Below are positions 1-23,262 of a stretch of DNA of 64,000 nucleotides, piece after piece (the stretch's first letter is position 1; each line of letters starts with the position of its first letter). The notes under the pieces are model-generated. The model did not search any database. It had not been told where the DNA came from and saw nothing but the letters and a program-made list of their open reading frames with translations. The stretch is from Trichoplax sp. H2 (lineage: Eukaryota), in assembly GCA_003344405.1 (NCBI GenBank), contig NOWV01000003.1, forward strand, positions 682,001 to 746,000, written 5' to 3'. Made by a program: the position numbers and the translations under genes.

Positions 1-32
1 TTTTGATTGAATATACGATAGTGTTTCGATCT

Positions 33-701
33 AATTACATTACTATGTTATGTTTATATAATTCGACGAAGGATACGCTAGTTATTTAATCTATGTATCA
101 CATAATGTTTATAATGAACATTTAATAAGGGAATTCTAAATGGACCTTGATTGCGCTTATTCCAAGGTAAATCGATAGGACTGGTACTCTCTGCTTCGAT
201 GAAATAACAATAGTTTTCGACGTAATTAATAACTATATTATGCTAAAATAGGTATAGCGATGAGATTCTAACGGACCTTCTAAACGCTTCTTATTTTCAA
301 CGAAATGGAAAGATTTCTTAGCTATATTGACGAATACGTTTTACGTACAATTAAACACTTCGTCATGAATTACATTACTATGTTATGTTTATATAATTCG
401 ATGAAGGACACGCTAGTTATTTAATCTATGTATCACATAATGTTTATAATGAACATTTAATAAGGGAATTCTAAATGGACCTTGATTGCGCTTATTCCAA
501 GGTAAATCGATAGGACTGGTACTCTCTGCTTCGATGAAATAACAATAGTTTTCGACGTAATTAATAACTATATTACGCTAAAATAGGTATAGCGATGAGA
601 TTCTAACGGACCTTCTAAACGCTTCTTATTTTCAACGAAATGGAAAGATTTCTTAGCTATATTGACGAATACGTTTTATGTACAATTAAATACCTCGTCA
701 T
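33..701. repeat. Tandem duplication, two copies of a ~334-bp unit (33-366 and 368-701)
   Basis: Read base by base. Both copies start AATTACATTACTATGTTATG and end CGTCAT; the period is 335 bp; there are 6 substitutions and no indels. Confidence 0.97.
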
Positions 702-3700
702 TAATAAGGATCGCTACCATTAACTCAGGTATTATTTTAATTATATGAGAATTGGTTGAGATTAGATCCTGAATATAGAATAAATTTGCATCGTGATTAC
801 ATATCGTGTAGTCAGCTTACGGACACAGAACTATGTTATTGTCGTTTTTGTAATCTGACTCTTATATCTTTTATTATAGGTATACGTTGTGAGGGAATTT
901 ATCTAATTAGTGACAATCATCATTCATACTAATAACTCTTCCTCCAATCTTTTACTGAAATCTTAACAAACGATTTCTGTAATCTAATAACAGTTTCATA
1001 AATATTTCCTCGTGTCAAAGATAAAGTTATCGCGAACTAGCAAACTGCATATTTGAATGTTACTTGAAAGATAGATTAACTTTTAGATAGTAAGGAGATT
1101 TATTCTTCAATGCGATTTAGCCATTGATAGTAACATAAAATGATACGCAGGTCTAGAAACAATAAATTTGTTAAAGAGGTTTATCATTTTCCTTTAACAG
1201 ACAGTCTAATCAACGATTGGTAATTGATTTTGAGTAGAGCATGTTAAATGAATAAAATAAAAACGAAATAGGAAACTGTAAAATAAAAACCTACAGCAAT
1301 AGTTTCTTGGTGTATTGCTACTTATATTTATCCGTATATTTATTCTTAAATAGTCATTGATTAGTTATTTATTAATTGTAATATGAGATATTTCAAAAGG
1401 TTTATTTGACTATATTTATATCATTTTCTGTTTAATCGTAATAGTCATTCGTATATACTTTTATAATGTACTTACCGCGTGCTACGTTGTCGCTCAAATC
1501 ACGAAGGAATCCTGTTATTTAATAAAAAATTAGATTATCGAATGCATTGCTCTTGAAAAGATTCAAGTACATTAATACGTTGTAATATAAGAATGGCGCT
1601 GAATTAGTGTACAGATTTTTAGATGTTACTCACCGACTTTGGCTTTGAGACTTTCTACGACGTCTCGTTGCTCTGTTACCATAACAAGAAAGAACCAATA
1701 GAGAAGTTAATATTGTTGTTAAGTAATTTTATACTATTGTTGGTAGCTGACTATCGCAGTTACAGGTTATTCTTTGAACTCATAAAAAGTGCAGAAGGAA
1801 AATTGAAGCTACTTGTTCACTTAAATTACCTTCGATATGTCTGCAATCAACAAGGGCACAGATCAAAGAGATAGCAATTAGAATGTTCAAGAATTTTGCC
1901 ATTTTCGTTTTATAGCTATGTAGATTGAAAGAGAAATATTTATCAATTAATTCTTTGGCTAATTAATATCTCAAAATAATTCTGAAATATAAGTTAGAAG
2001 GACACAATTACTTATAACGCACATATATATATATATATATATATGATTGACCATATTATATGGTGTGTATTCAAATCGAAGCAGTAATTGTTGGTCTGAT
2101 AAAAATAACGACATATCCTGGGCGTAAAAGGATTTTAATTAATATAAAGTATGTGAAAAACTATACTGGGTTATACTAAGATGCTGCAGGTACCGGAATA
2201 AGAAAATTAGGGTATAAATAGAGACAAAAAATTAACAATTAGATGAATTATTGAATACAATTTAATAGACTGCTTCATTCTAATGTCATACTATGGATAA
2301 ATGGGTGTATAACTAATACATAAAGTTTTTGATCTATTCTGGATTCAGCATGATTTATTTGGATGGTCTCGCTTTCATTCAAATGATAAGGTCTTATATA
2401 TATAACATATACAAGATTTAACTTATAAAATAACTACTTAGGGCATATTGTAATTAGTAAGGAACTGAACCAATTATTTGACGATAATTTTTTAGAAGAA
2501 TTTTATAACATCTATTGTGAAGAGTGTATTCCCTTTGATTTCAAGCCAAAGATTTTCAACATTAAAAATTGATGCGAAGATAATTATAATAAGCATAGTC
2601 AATTTCACAAAATATAAACACATGAATTTAGATTGTTAGTATGATTATTTGAATTCTATTGTAAGGCTTACATGAAAATAAATAGTGAATTGAGGTACGG
2701 TAGAAATTTAATTTAATATCCATAGTATTGTTCTACTTATCCTTTTTTTATATTAAACTTAACGACTAATTATAATTATCAAGCAATAGCGGTATCAGTA
2801 CGTTTCAAAATAAGAATTATCAAAATGAGAACTATCATCTGTTTGCCTTTGACCTTTAAGGTCGTCACAACAGCTATATCAGCTATGCATCATATACGTT
2901 AGGTATACTTACATAAGATATAGAGTAAAATCAATTCAACACGTATGTATGGTCTGTTTTGTTTGCAATGATCGTGTTACAGTTCGTAATATAAATTTTG
3001 AGTTAAATTAAATACTGTTCTATACTGCAGTAAAATTAAGTTAATTATTACTGAATTAACCTTAAATATGCGATTTGATCATATTGATACGTCGCATCGA
3101 TACTTAAGAACTATATTGATTTCTGGCTTTTGGAAGTTCATAGTGTTTTCTTAAATAGATATATGCAATCATCGTATGCGTATTTCAAATTAATTGTAGT
3201 TACCGAGTGTTCTTGTGAAGAAATTCTCGTTACGTATTAAACTTCCTACAGATTCTATTCCGAAGCCTAGCAAGTATGATGCACTTGACCTTTATCCTTC
3301 AATACTCTGTACTTAATTATATCTCTAGTACTTTCCTAACTATCTGCTAATAAAAAGCATTCAATGGCTCAATAGGACTAATGAACCTTCATTTTATTGT
3401 ATGACAATTAAATCCTTGTACATAGTGTATTTTTTAAATATTTCAATAGTAAAGTAGCATTTTATGGAAAAGATAAAACAATTTTAAGCTATAATTTTTA
3501 GCCAAGCTAAAGTCGAATGTTTCATTGTTTCGTTTCTTAGAACTATCTAAGAACATTTCATACTACTTCGCTGATGTCACTAGTTATGAAAGCACTATCA
3601 TGATTATAGCGTTGTTGTCAGCATCTGTTAGCCTATCGTTTGCCGAAGTTATGCAGTTCTGTAAGATTTAAGAATAGCAGTTTAAAGATTATTTTTTAAG

Positions 3701-6700
3701 GTGCAAGTACCCTAACAAGATGTTGAAATGAATCAAACTTATGGATACTTCGCTACACAAAATGCTTCGTTTCTTATTGCATGCTATTCTCTTCCATACT
3801 ATAGGTATACGAGTGCATGACTGCAAGTACCGTAATTGCGTCTTTACCAACGTTATTTTAAAAATTGTAACCAACTGATTAAATTCATATGTACTGATTC
3901 ATGAAATAATTATAATATATCGCTATCGAATTAGGCACAAGAATCAAATAAAATTTTAAATATACACGTTATGATTTGACTCATAAATAATTGCATGTAG
4001 CAGTCAATTTGTTAGGATCTGTCAAAAAAATGACACATATTGAAATATTTGCTTCAATTCGCTTTCAGGATGAAAGGATTCACACTTGCATCAAGCTAAA
4101 TCATTATATACGAATGATTAAAAATATCTATCGGGCTTTTATTTAATCAAAACCATTCTAGCAACCATTTAACATAGTTAAATAATAAATTAATTTCTTA
4201 AGCAGCTATCGATTGTACTTTATAGTTGAAGCTTAACGACTAGATATTTTATTTCATTTATGATCAAAATGAGATGATCGAAATAGAAAATATTGATGTG
4301 ATGATAAGAAATAGAAAAGAAAGATAGTGCGCGTAGTACGGGTTTATTTCGGTGTTAAAAAACATGATTTAAGAGAAAGGCTTAATAAATAGAATTCTTA
4401 CTTACAGTGATGTGATTTTCTATTAAAATTATTCCAGATGTGATAGTGGGAGAGTCGAGTCCAGAATTGAATAAACTTGCTGGAGAATCTACTTATATAG
4501 ATAAATAAGATTAAGTTAATTAACATATTATGAAACCATAATGTCAACGCGTCATTAATCGGCCAACTGAATAGATACTGATGTTGCTTATGCTTGATAA
4601 TCAGATCTTTTAATGAGACCTTATGGTAAAATATTAATTGGATCTGAAAGGTAATGATGACAGACAGTTTTTATTTCCGTTTCATTGATATCTATTGAGA
4701 CAATAACTGCTTGGACTACATCTACATTGGTAATCAATTGAATTCAATGCTTTAGTCAATTAGTTTTACTAATTATATTTTTCTTTACTATTTTTATATT
4801 TAAGTGACGTTCAAAATTTGAGAAAGAATAGTCTGAGTTACCTATATTTTTGGTTCTGTGGCAATAAACGATCAAGACGAAATATCAATAAGTTATAATA
4901 ATCATAAAGAATAGAAAAGGCTTCTAAATAATTGTTGGTATTGATAACAAGGATGTTCTTTGCTATCATAATGATGAACAAGGTCATATTTAAGTGCCGT
5001 TAATGCTATTATTGCTAATTTTAACCACCTCACTATCGTTATAGGATCAAAGATTAGAATGAATATGAGTAGAAAACTATTAATAATACGAATAAACGAC
5101 ATCAAAGTGCAATTGATGAATAGCTAGAAATTAATATCAATATTGAACCTGTTTTGATCATCTCAACATCCTGTTTTCCGCTCTCAACTATCACCATTCA
5201 CAACTTATAACTATTATGATAAAATATTTACTTGTAGAATTGTAAACTTGGCTTACAGTTTTTCCTACACAATTTCATTTTAATGCAGTTACCGTACCGT
5301 GTATTTAATTGCCTTCAGATCTTGTATCCTTTTTATTATTTGATTGTTTATATGTTTATTTTGACAGTGCAGCCAGATATAGCCTATGAAAAACGATGTT
5401 CAATCTTATTATCTTACAAAATTGTAAAAGCTATCCACCAAATTAATCATTAATATCAACTATACCCGTTCTTTCTGGGAAAGATTATTCATTGCTATGT
5501 AAAAAGTGAAATTAAAAGATGACTTGAATGATTCATACTAAAATTATAATTAATATTTAAACTTAATGAATAATCTGATGTGCAAAAGAACGCAAATTAA
5601 GTTTCTCTATTCATTCCTTTATCATTTTTGCCTTATCAATCGATTATAATTAATGGGTTCCTTATATAAGGGATATGCCCTAATTTCAGCAGCATATGAA
5701 AGCAGCTGTATTTTTTAAAATTTCTTAACATATAATTAACATAGTGTTCCGTAATCTCATTGACTTGATTCACAGTAGAAGAATATATCTTAATCGAAAG
5801 CTGATACTGATTTCATTTCAAAACTTCGGATTCATTAAATTTAAGCGCAACGTTTTCTTCAAATTTGAGTTAGATCATGAGTATGTGTATAAGCAAATTA
5901 ATACTTATTCTCTTATCTTGGCTAAGAAAGTTCCTTTCTTTCCTGTCTAGATATTCTAGCAACTAAATGAATATAACGCTTTCAGTTGTATTTAGCATTC
6001 TAATTTCCTTAATCAGATGAGTATGTGCTCAACGTCATATTTGGGTAATTAATTTTAAGTGCTACCAGATGAGTAATGACCAGGTAAAATTTTACATAAT
6101 GTGTATGTGCTACTTAAAATGGGAATTTCTAGAACAAAATTTGGCTTGTTACATTTTTGTTGGAGATCCAACATGTTCTGTATCCTATATTTCTATTGAA
6201 TAAAATGAAATTTAGTGCGTAAATAATAGGCTAGACGATGCAAATGAAATGAATATTATAATAAATCTCCTAAAATAAATCAAATAACTTCCCTATTTAT
6301 TTTTTTGTTTAGTAGTGAATTTCAGCTGTCTATCGGTGATCAGAGTAGGCTTGCTCCGTCTATATTCTAAAAAATAAGATATATTTATTGCTTAGGTGTT
6401 GAACTAATGAGAAGAAGTCCACTGTAATATAATCACAATGAACCTGTCAAAAACAATCTATTTAATTGAAAATCTTTTATCAATTGCTCATTTTCATTAC
6501 TATAATTCTAACAGTAATGTTTAATGATCCACGGTTATATTTCGTTAATTTGGACTATATGTAGTCATGCTTTATAATTTACTATTAAATTATTCCTCAG
6601 TAAACGTCTATAAGCTTTACTTTTCATATGAAAAATCTTAAACAATAGATTAAACATAGATATTATTATTTATGCAATCTGTCTAGTAATTAATGGTGAT

Positions 6701-9700
6701 GGAATTTGAAAGATTTGATTTCGTTCGTTATTTACTTACTTCCAAGATTATATTTAGATAGGGATAGCGAGAAGAGAAAGAAGCAGGAGTGAAATGAACA
6801 CAATAAGTAAATACCAGAAAGAGACTTTTGATTGCAGGCCAGTCTAGTTTTTCTAATTTTTTCTACACTTCAGTCAAGCTCCTATCCTACCGATATAAAT
6901 CAACATACGAATCTGCTCCTAATATAGCGATATAAATAGCGGCCGAAATCAGCTAGCTAACTGTTTACTTTAAATTAGGCTACCTCTACATCTGTTGATT
7001 ATTTTGCTATAGTATCGCAATAGTTACAGCACATATTATCTTTTAGCTGAATTGGTTTCTCTCACTTTATAGTTTAAAGTAGACGATATGATAATTCAAA
7101 TGGGATAGGGTCGTTGATTTTAAGGATTTAGTTAAGAAGCTTCATTACGATCAATTGTAAAATATTCCACGCTAATAAATCTGATGCTAGTTTCAATTTT
7201 AGAAGTTGGTTATATAAGCAAATGCTGAATGAAAGGGGTAGGTCACATCGTATTACTTTTATCTAGGTAAGTAAAATGGAGAGATTTAACAACTATGAGA
7301 TTTAATTGTCTTCTTAAATGTAAACTAGCGTTGGCATTGTTTAATAATAAATAGGAGGTCTAATAACTTTTACTGCATATAGGATCTCTTCATAAGCATT
7401 AAAATAGTGTGAAAGTACTAAAAAAGAGAAAGTGTATTCTTATTTGAATGATTTAATAGATTAAGCTACCATCTGCTTTACATTATCAACCATAATACCA
7501 ATGGAAGCGTTACTTTGTTGTTACAGTAAAATAGTCAAGTTCTAACAAATAAAAGGATTATTATTATAGTAAGAGACGTTACGTTATTCACATGAAAGGT
7601 ACCTTAATCGATCCATCTTTATACCAATATATCTATCTCATTTTTAGCCTATTTCCAAGAAATAGAACGTGGGCCAAGTGATGTTATTAGTTTTACGTTT
7701 ACAATATCATTAGTAATTGAAATTTTCCTACAGTTAAGAAATGCAAATAGTAATAGACTTACTAGCAAGAATGCAATCAATTCTCACAAAGAGTATAAAT
7801 TTTATTCATTTCAAATTGCTGGATGTATTTAATCTTCATATTTTTACTCGTTGTGCCATTCATTGTTAAATGATTTTAAATCTACAGATAGACACGATCT
7901 TAATGAACACCACAATGGTAGCTAATATCCTAGTTCGCTGCATTTATTTTCGTTTAAACTAGCAAAAACCAACTCGCAATTTTAACTTTTTATAAGCCTT
8001 ATTTCTAAGACGTTAGCTTAAAAAACACGAAAAGGCATGGATTAATCTAGGCCTGCGATCTCAATTATATGGTTGAAGATGTTTGGATCGGCGAATAAAA
8101 TTGATTTAGAAAGTATTTATATACTAAGAAATAAACGCAAAGCAATAAAAAATATAAATATAATCATTGCGCTGTGATTTTACAGTGATAGATGAAAGCA
8201 TCTTGTACAATAATTAGAGATTATGATTTCTAGTGAAAGATTATGATCAAGAATCAAAAATTAAAGGAATAATTTATTGTATAAGCTTTTATCTAACATG
8301 TAGCTGTACCTAAAAGAATAGTTAATCATTAATAAATTAAAAATATCTAGAACTTAATACTTCTTCAGTCTAGTATAAAAAGTTAATTATGAGCAGAACA
8401 GGTTTAAGTCTGACCATTTACACTATGCATAAGCTTAATGTAAAACGGTTTACGGCCATAAAATTATTGTTAAGAAAATAGAAATTTAAATGTAATCGAA
8501 ATTAGATCCTAAACGGTCAATACTTATCAATAATCTACGATTATCGTTATTATTTTGAAAATTAAAATAAAGCCATTTGAAATCCAGCATACAAGTACTC
8601 TGAGCCAATTTTAAAGTTTCGATATAATATGAGTTATTTTCGAGAGATCAAATAAATTGGTGATATAAATAACAATGAAATTCAGAACATAGAAAGAAAA
8701 TGTCTTCATTCATTAATTCGCTTAGAACGATCAAGGTATTAGTGCAAAGAACTACCGGTATTTTATTTGAAATTTTTAATGACGAGATAACGATTGTAGT
8801 TAAATACAGTGCAAAATTTAAATTAAAATAGCCTAAGACAACAGCTTTAGCGAGAAAAAAGTTCCGTTCTTTTATCGTTTTAATCAAATATAATAAAATG
8901 AAAGCAATGTTGTCATTACGTACTTGATATTTAAAAGGATTCTGCCTATTTCCTTCAACTATTGCAGCGCTTGTAGAATACTAACAATATACTTCCACAA
9001 CATGGCATCATTATAAAAAAGAGAGTAAAGTAATTAACATCCTGTCACCATACTTTCAAATATGATAGACAAATAATCCAAGGTAGATATTTGTTGCTAT
9101 GAATAGTCTATGGTAAACTATACAGCAATGAGAGTAATTGTCAATAAACTGTTAGCTTCTAACAATTTATTTTTTAACCTTTTTCTTTTTATATAATGTA
9201 ATCTATAGTGGCCGTGAATAGTAACATGAAAATACTGCTAGATTGTAAATTTACATTAACCTACTTTATTCCTTCAATATTACTTAATATCTAAGAAAAG
9301 TTATTGATGAAGCAATACAGTGTATTATACATCGCTATTTTGTCTTGATATACAGGTAAGTAAAACGATGACTACGTATCAAAGTAGCGAAATATTTTTA
9401 GCATGATCACACTTTAAAATAATGAAGATATTTCATGTACGTACGTATTGAAGACAAATATCAGTTCTATTTGGATTTTATTTAATTAATGATACACAGC
9501 AAATGAAATAGAAATCTTTAAGAATATAAAGTTTGCATTGGTCGATTTATTAACTGATGAATGAATAAATTAATTTTACAGATCTGCAATTCAGGAACGG
9601 CAATGACTGCCTGCTTTAAATGTAGTGGTCAACATCTTGAAGTCTTTTGTTCTTATTACTCAGCGATAGTAAAGATCAGAGTAATTACTTAACTACATTT

Positions 9701-12700
9701 TTACTTAGGAAAGAATAAAGAATTAGTGTTCTAATTAATCAGAATTTAGCATAATTAAAATAAAACAAGATGACTATTTTGCACACTGAAAATTCGTAGA
9801 GATAAAATAGAGAAATCTTTGTCTAACATGGTTACATACTATTGGTGAACCTCTACCTATACGATGAAAAACAGAAACACTTTATCTTTTACTTAATGGG
9901 ACGAGAGAATAAGTAATTAATTTCTAAACTTAACACAACTACGTTAGCTAAGAAATAATCGTTAGTTTGTGAGATCAAGTCCAAAATTAAATTAAGAACA
10001 TTGATTCTTTTTAAACAATTAATTATGTTTAAAATGTACCAAGGGAATATAGAAGGGGAACGATAAATTCAAGATGGTAATATAAGGAAACCTAATCAAA
10101 AATATCTATTATGATTGGATTTACTGCGATTTAAACTAGTTTCATAACAACGGTACTATATGAATACATAGCGAAGGAATTCACTTGCATAATGATTGAT
10201 ATTAATACTTAATAGATATCACTTATGATCGCATATGCTGTATAGCATTGAGGTGAGTGATCTTTCTTTTCTATAGACTGACAAAGAAAGTAAATACGGC
10301 GGACATTTTAAAAGAGTAATATGGCACAATTACAATAAAATAAGGAAATCAGTGTCACGGTACGAACCACCGTTAAGAGTAAATGACCAAATTTAGTGGT
10401 AAACATTTATATATGGAGATAAGTAATGACTTACAGTAAGAACTACGATAGTTATTTTGTTACGGTAAATTATACTGTACTACTAATAATTCTGCGTATG
10501 AATAAACTGTAATCTAATTATCTAAAATCGTTCAGTACATGTCTAAGATTATGAATAATTTCTGTATTAATTTAGCTATCCAATATAAACTAAATTTCAT
10601 GAATTGTTATGACTCATACATGATAGCTGCTGCCGAAGGGTGTCTAAGCTCGGTAGATAATTGAATAAAAGAAGAGTTCTATAATTATTTAACGTAGAAG
10701 CAAAGGCGTCTGAATTCTTGTGGGATAGTTAAGGGATACTGAATCCCCGAGACTATAGTAATTTAGAGATTTGTTTTACGTTATCTTTATCACGAAGCTG
10801 GTTTGTGACAGTCAGATTCACAAACATCAGATAAATTGAATGAATGATCGATTCTGAATGGCTGTACGTTTGTTTACATAAAATAGTCTATAACATCTCA
10901 AGAACATACGCATAAACAACAAAGTATAAAATATACAGAAAACAATTCACATTGATTGTAATAGCTTATACTCTTTCATTTTATGAGAAAATACAGGTCG
11001 TAAATGAATTTATTTTATAAGGGCGGTAAAGTAATCGTTAATGATATGGTATTTTGACTTCTTTCGTGTCAAATATCTTTCGTCTTGACATGCATTAATT
11101 GAAAAACCCTTCGAGCTTAATATCAAATAATACAAGCAGAAACACTGTATTCTACTATAGTTCATTTGATGATGATGCATCTACAATGATTCCTACCTTC
11201 AGAAATCTACGCATTTGTCTTAAATGTAGCAGAGAGACTTTAGACTGTCTGAAGATATATTAAAGAGAGATCTCTAGCGAATTTCTTAAAACTAAAACAT
11301 CATACGTTAAAAATGTAAAAATGAGTATACTTTGTAGTTTATCATACCTTATATTACAAACAACGTTGTGAGTATGATGATTGCTTCCAAGAATGAAGAT
11401 TGTAGGCTAGTTTTACATAGTTATATATTCCTTAGGTAGCCTTATTTTACAAAAAGCTAGTACGTACAGTAGTAATAGCTAATGGAAATCAAGAGATTGA
11501 AATTACAGCACTGTTTATAATGAGGTCCATTTATTTTAAGCATTTTAATATAGATTTCTCTTATTTTAAAAATTATTGTAACAAATTCTATCATAGGTTG
11601 AACAGCAATTAACGGTAATTTCTCAATCACAAACGAATTTTATAATATAGATACAGTCAATAGACGGATAATTTATAGCAAGATATCGGTCTATTCTTAT
11701 CTACCTTTTTTATTACTAATTACTGTAAAATAATTATCAAGCAGTGCTTGTACTTCAGCTTACTAAAAATTACCGTTATAGGCAAGAACTATAGTAAGAA
11801 AAATAATAAAAATAGTTACAATATTTTTGGAAACTGAATATTGATATATAAGAATAAATACAGATATTACATCAGCTTTTGCTACCATGCTCAATAGTTA
11901 ACAATCTATTGCTTATTAAAGTGGTAATTCGTCTTTTAAATGTGGTATATATTCAAAATTTATAACCATGATGAGGTATTAGAGAAATAGAAGTGGAACA
12001 TAGCTTAGAGTACTAGAGAATCATTTATATGTTTAATGATTTCAAATCATATCTACAAAAAATTAATTTAATTTGGTTTCATATTTAAAGATGAACATAC
12101 CTGTATTTGTATTTCTAAGATTAATTGTCAAATTTAAGATGGTTATCGGCAAATAAGGTAGGAACTTAAACCAAAATGAAAATATTGATACAGAAACTAG
12201 AGTATTGTATCGAGAAATAACATTTACTCGTTATCGGTTAAATGTTTGCAGATCTTAAAAGTTGCTCATATAGATCATCGCCTCAGAATATGAAATCCAG
12301 TTCTTTATTATAGCGATTTACACTATTATAGTTCATAAATTCATGTCGATCAAGTGTTTGCATAAACAATGTAAGTAGAGTATTGTACAATGTCCTATGA
12401 GACTATAAAGATATCATTTAATGCACGATGTTCTAGCACTTTACTCGTAGGCTAATGCTATCAATTAAAATATGTAAATTTATAAAGCAATTCCATTGAT
12501 GATAATTATCGTTCGTATTCAAATCTGGATATTTAGATATTATTAATCTGATGTACGACTGTTCCGTACAATAATTGATAATTTATCCGCATTTTAGTTG
12601 GGTGTTCGAATTACAAAACAATGGCTGTAATAACCATGCTGACATAATACCCTCAGAGGTTATAGTCATTTTCTCGTTTAGACGTACTAGTTTTCGACTC

Positions 12701-14042
12701 ACAAAGAATCTGTGCTATTTGGCACTAGAAGCGAGATTTAAAGGTATAGTGTGTAGTAACTATAGCACAGTTGCTCTAAAAATTCACATTTTCATGCATT
12801 GAGTATTTTTAAAAATTCAAATTCATTGTTAAAGATGAACGCTAACAGTAATACAGATATGAGTTAGTCATGTTTTTGATAAATTTTTCGAATGCAAGGC
12901 AAAAAAGTGAAATATAACATTTTTGCATATTAATAATTGTGTTACAAATTGTTTTTTTTAAATCAATCAAATAGAATAAACACAACATCGCATTGAATAT
13001 AGTTGCAACGGAAAATAAAGAGCATGTGTATAATAGATGATCACATCTCAAAAGCCAACATATTTAATAGTGGTATATATAATTAATATTTTAATGATAC
13101 AGTAATACAGTTCTACAAAATCAAAATAGTCTACAATATGTATTAATCAACAATCCAATATCATTCAACATGTCGCAAGAGCAATGAACTACGATAAATA
13201 ATTCAACATGAATCCTTTCTTTTTCTAAGATTTTATATAAAACTGAACGATAATTATAATTTATGATAGTCGTGTATACAAAGACATGCATAGCTATTTT
13301 AGTTATGATTTCGTTATAATTTATAAATCATAAAACATTAATATCAAGAGATTACTTTTTTAATTATGAATGATAAGCGCCAAATGTCTTCCAACAAAAA
13401 AGCAATTACAGCATTCAATGGCTGCGTAGTAAACGCGAAATTATTTTCATCGTGGCGTTGGCTTCTACAAATACATGTAGATTATTATAGGAGGCATTAG
13501 GTATCAATGATATAAAATCGGCGTTATGGACCTCCACGGGGTTGACACGCTTTGTTTGCGCAACATCTAGATCTATCCATACCATATCTTCATAGTCAAA
13601 CGATGCAACAATCAACTATATAACGTCAAAACGATCTTAATAGTTTCAAAGGTGAACATCGAATTCTAATGAAACACGTTATATTACCTCAGTCGATAAG
13701 TTATCTGTAAGCGATGCAAGAAAGCAAAGTATTTTACAGATACTCTCAAATACTGCTAAAAGCACAAAATCTATCCGTAATTTTCTCAGAATGGGATATA
13801 TTTTTCGTTAAGAAAATTTCATAAAAAGTTGGGTCTAGCAGTTAGCAATAGTAATAACGGATTTAATATTTTGCGCCAAATAGGTGATAAAATAATGAAA
13901 ATAGATTATGCCACAGATATAAACTCGTCGGTAAACAGTATATATTTTAAATGTACATTTGTAGTAGATAGCGCTATCTTGATAAAAAGAGTCCATGAAA
14001 TTTTAATATTTTGTGTGAACATTACGCATCATGAAGCACCGA

Positions 14043-22343
<8,301 letters not shown>

Positions 22344-22499
22344 CTGTTTTATTACTAAGAAAATAATTTTTATTTCAAGGTTAACGAAATACTTATTCTC
22401 GTAGACTTGTAATAGTGACTGGTATTACAGTGTACGTCGTGTGTGTTATATAGTGTATATCAATTAGCTTCGTTGTTGTTGATTTCGGATCTTTATTTT

Positions 22500-23230
22500 G
22501 ATTCAACGATACGGCACTGTACTTTTCACTGTGAGATACAGTACAGTACTGTACTGTGCTGTACAGTACTGTACAGTATGCCTCAAGTGAGTATAAAAAA
22601 ATGCACTGCACTAAGGCTTTCTTAATCTGATCCAAGTTTTTAATTCGTACGAAAAATTTATGCTGGAGTGATTTCGACTGTACAGTACAGTACAGTACTG
22701 TAGTTTGGTTTATCCAGCGTATCCAGTGGACTACAGTACTGTAGGTTGAGAGATCACCTCTGTGAGCACTAGTAGCGTTTTTTACCTCTATGAATTTACC
22801 ATAGCGATAAATAAATAAAAAGACCTACAGTACAGTATAGTACAGTACAGTATTTGCACTACAGTATACTGTACTGTACAGTACTGTAACTGCACGTACT
22901 GTACACTCTACAGGTTCACCTGATCACGGTCTGGTCAAGGGGACTTCTAGTTTGGTTTACTGTACTGTACAGTGTACAGTACAGTAGGTGTGAAACCTGT
23001 TCACGATTTCAATACCAAAAACCAAACCAACACAGATGATAGTGTACATCAAAATTTAAAAAAAAATTTAAGAATAGAATTAGATCGTAATAATCTATCA
23101 AGTGGCATCTATCCATCATTCGAGATACAGAGATTTTAAGATTTTAAGTGACTTTGTGAGAAGTCAGATACAGTTGTGAAAAGCATTAGCTACTATATTG
23201 TACAGTGTACAGTACACGATACTACACTTT
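22500..23230. promoter_or_regulatory. Probable bidirectional promoter between BCAS3 and TANGO2, rich in TACAG/CTGTA arrays
   Basis: The start codons are divergent and ~920 bp apart (22343 on -, 23263 on +). Dense CAGTACTG/TGTACA arrays occur at ~22538-22578, 22677-22703, 22826-22905 and 22958-22986. Confidence 0.7.
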
Positions 23231-23262
23231 ACTGAACACCAATTGACGGATCTTGACGCGCA

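Noticed and set aside
2022..2044. (AT)n microsatellite (also ~19243-19259, and a TTAA run at ~59773-59790)
   Set aside because: Ordinary simple repeats in AT-rich DNA.
1623..13051. Short ORFs of 60-85 aa in the left desert
   Set aside because: Their I/L/F/K/N-rich composition is typical of AT-rich non-coding DNA. They have no motifs or consistent splice chain, and many start at non-ATG codons.
22986..22995. T-box half-site AGGTGTGAAA in the BCAS3/TANGO2 promoter
   Set aside because: A single short motif is not distinguishable from chance without conservation or binding data.
22530..23000. CRISPR-like interpretation of the recurrent short repeats
   Set aside because: There is no fixed-length repeat-spacer periodicity and no cas genes, and the context is eukaryotic.
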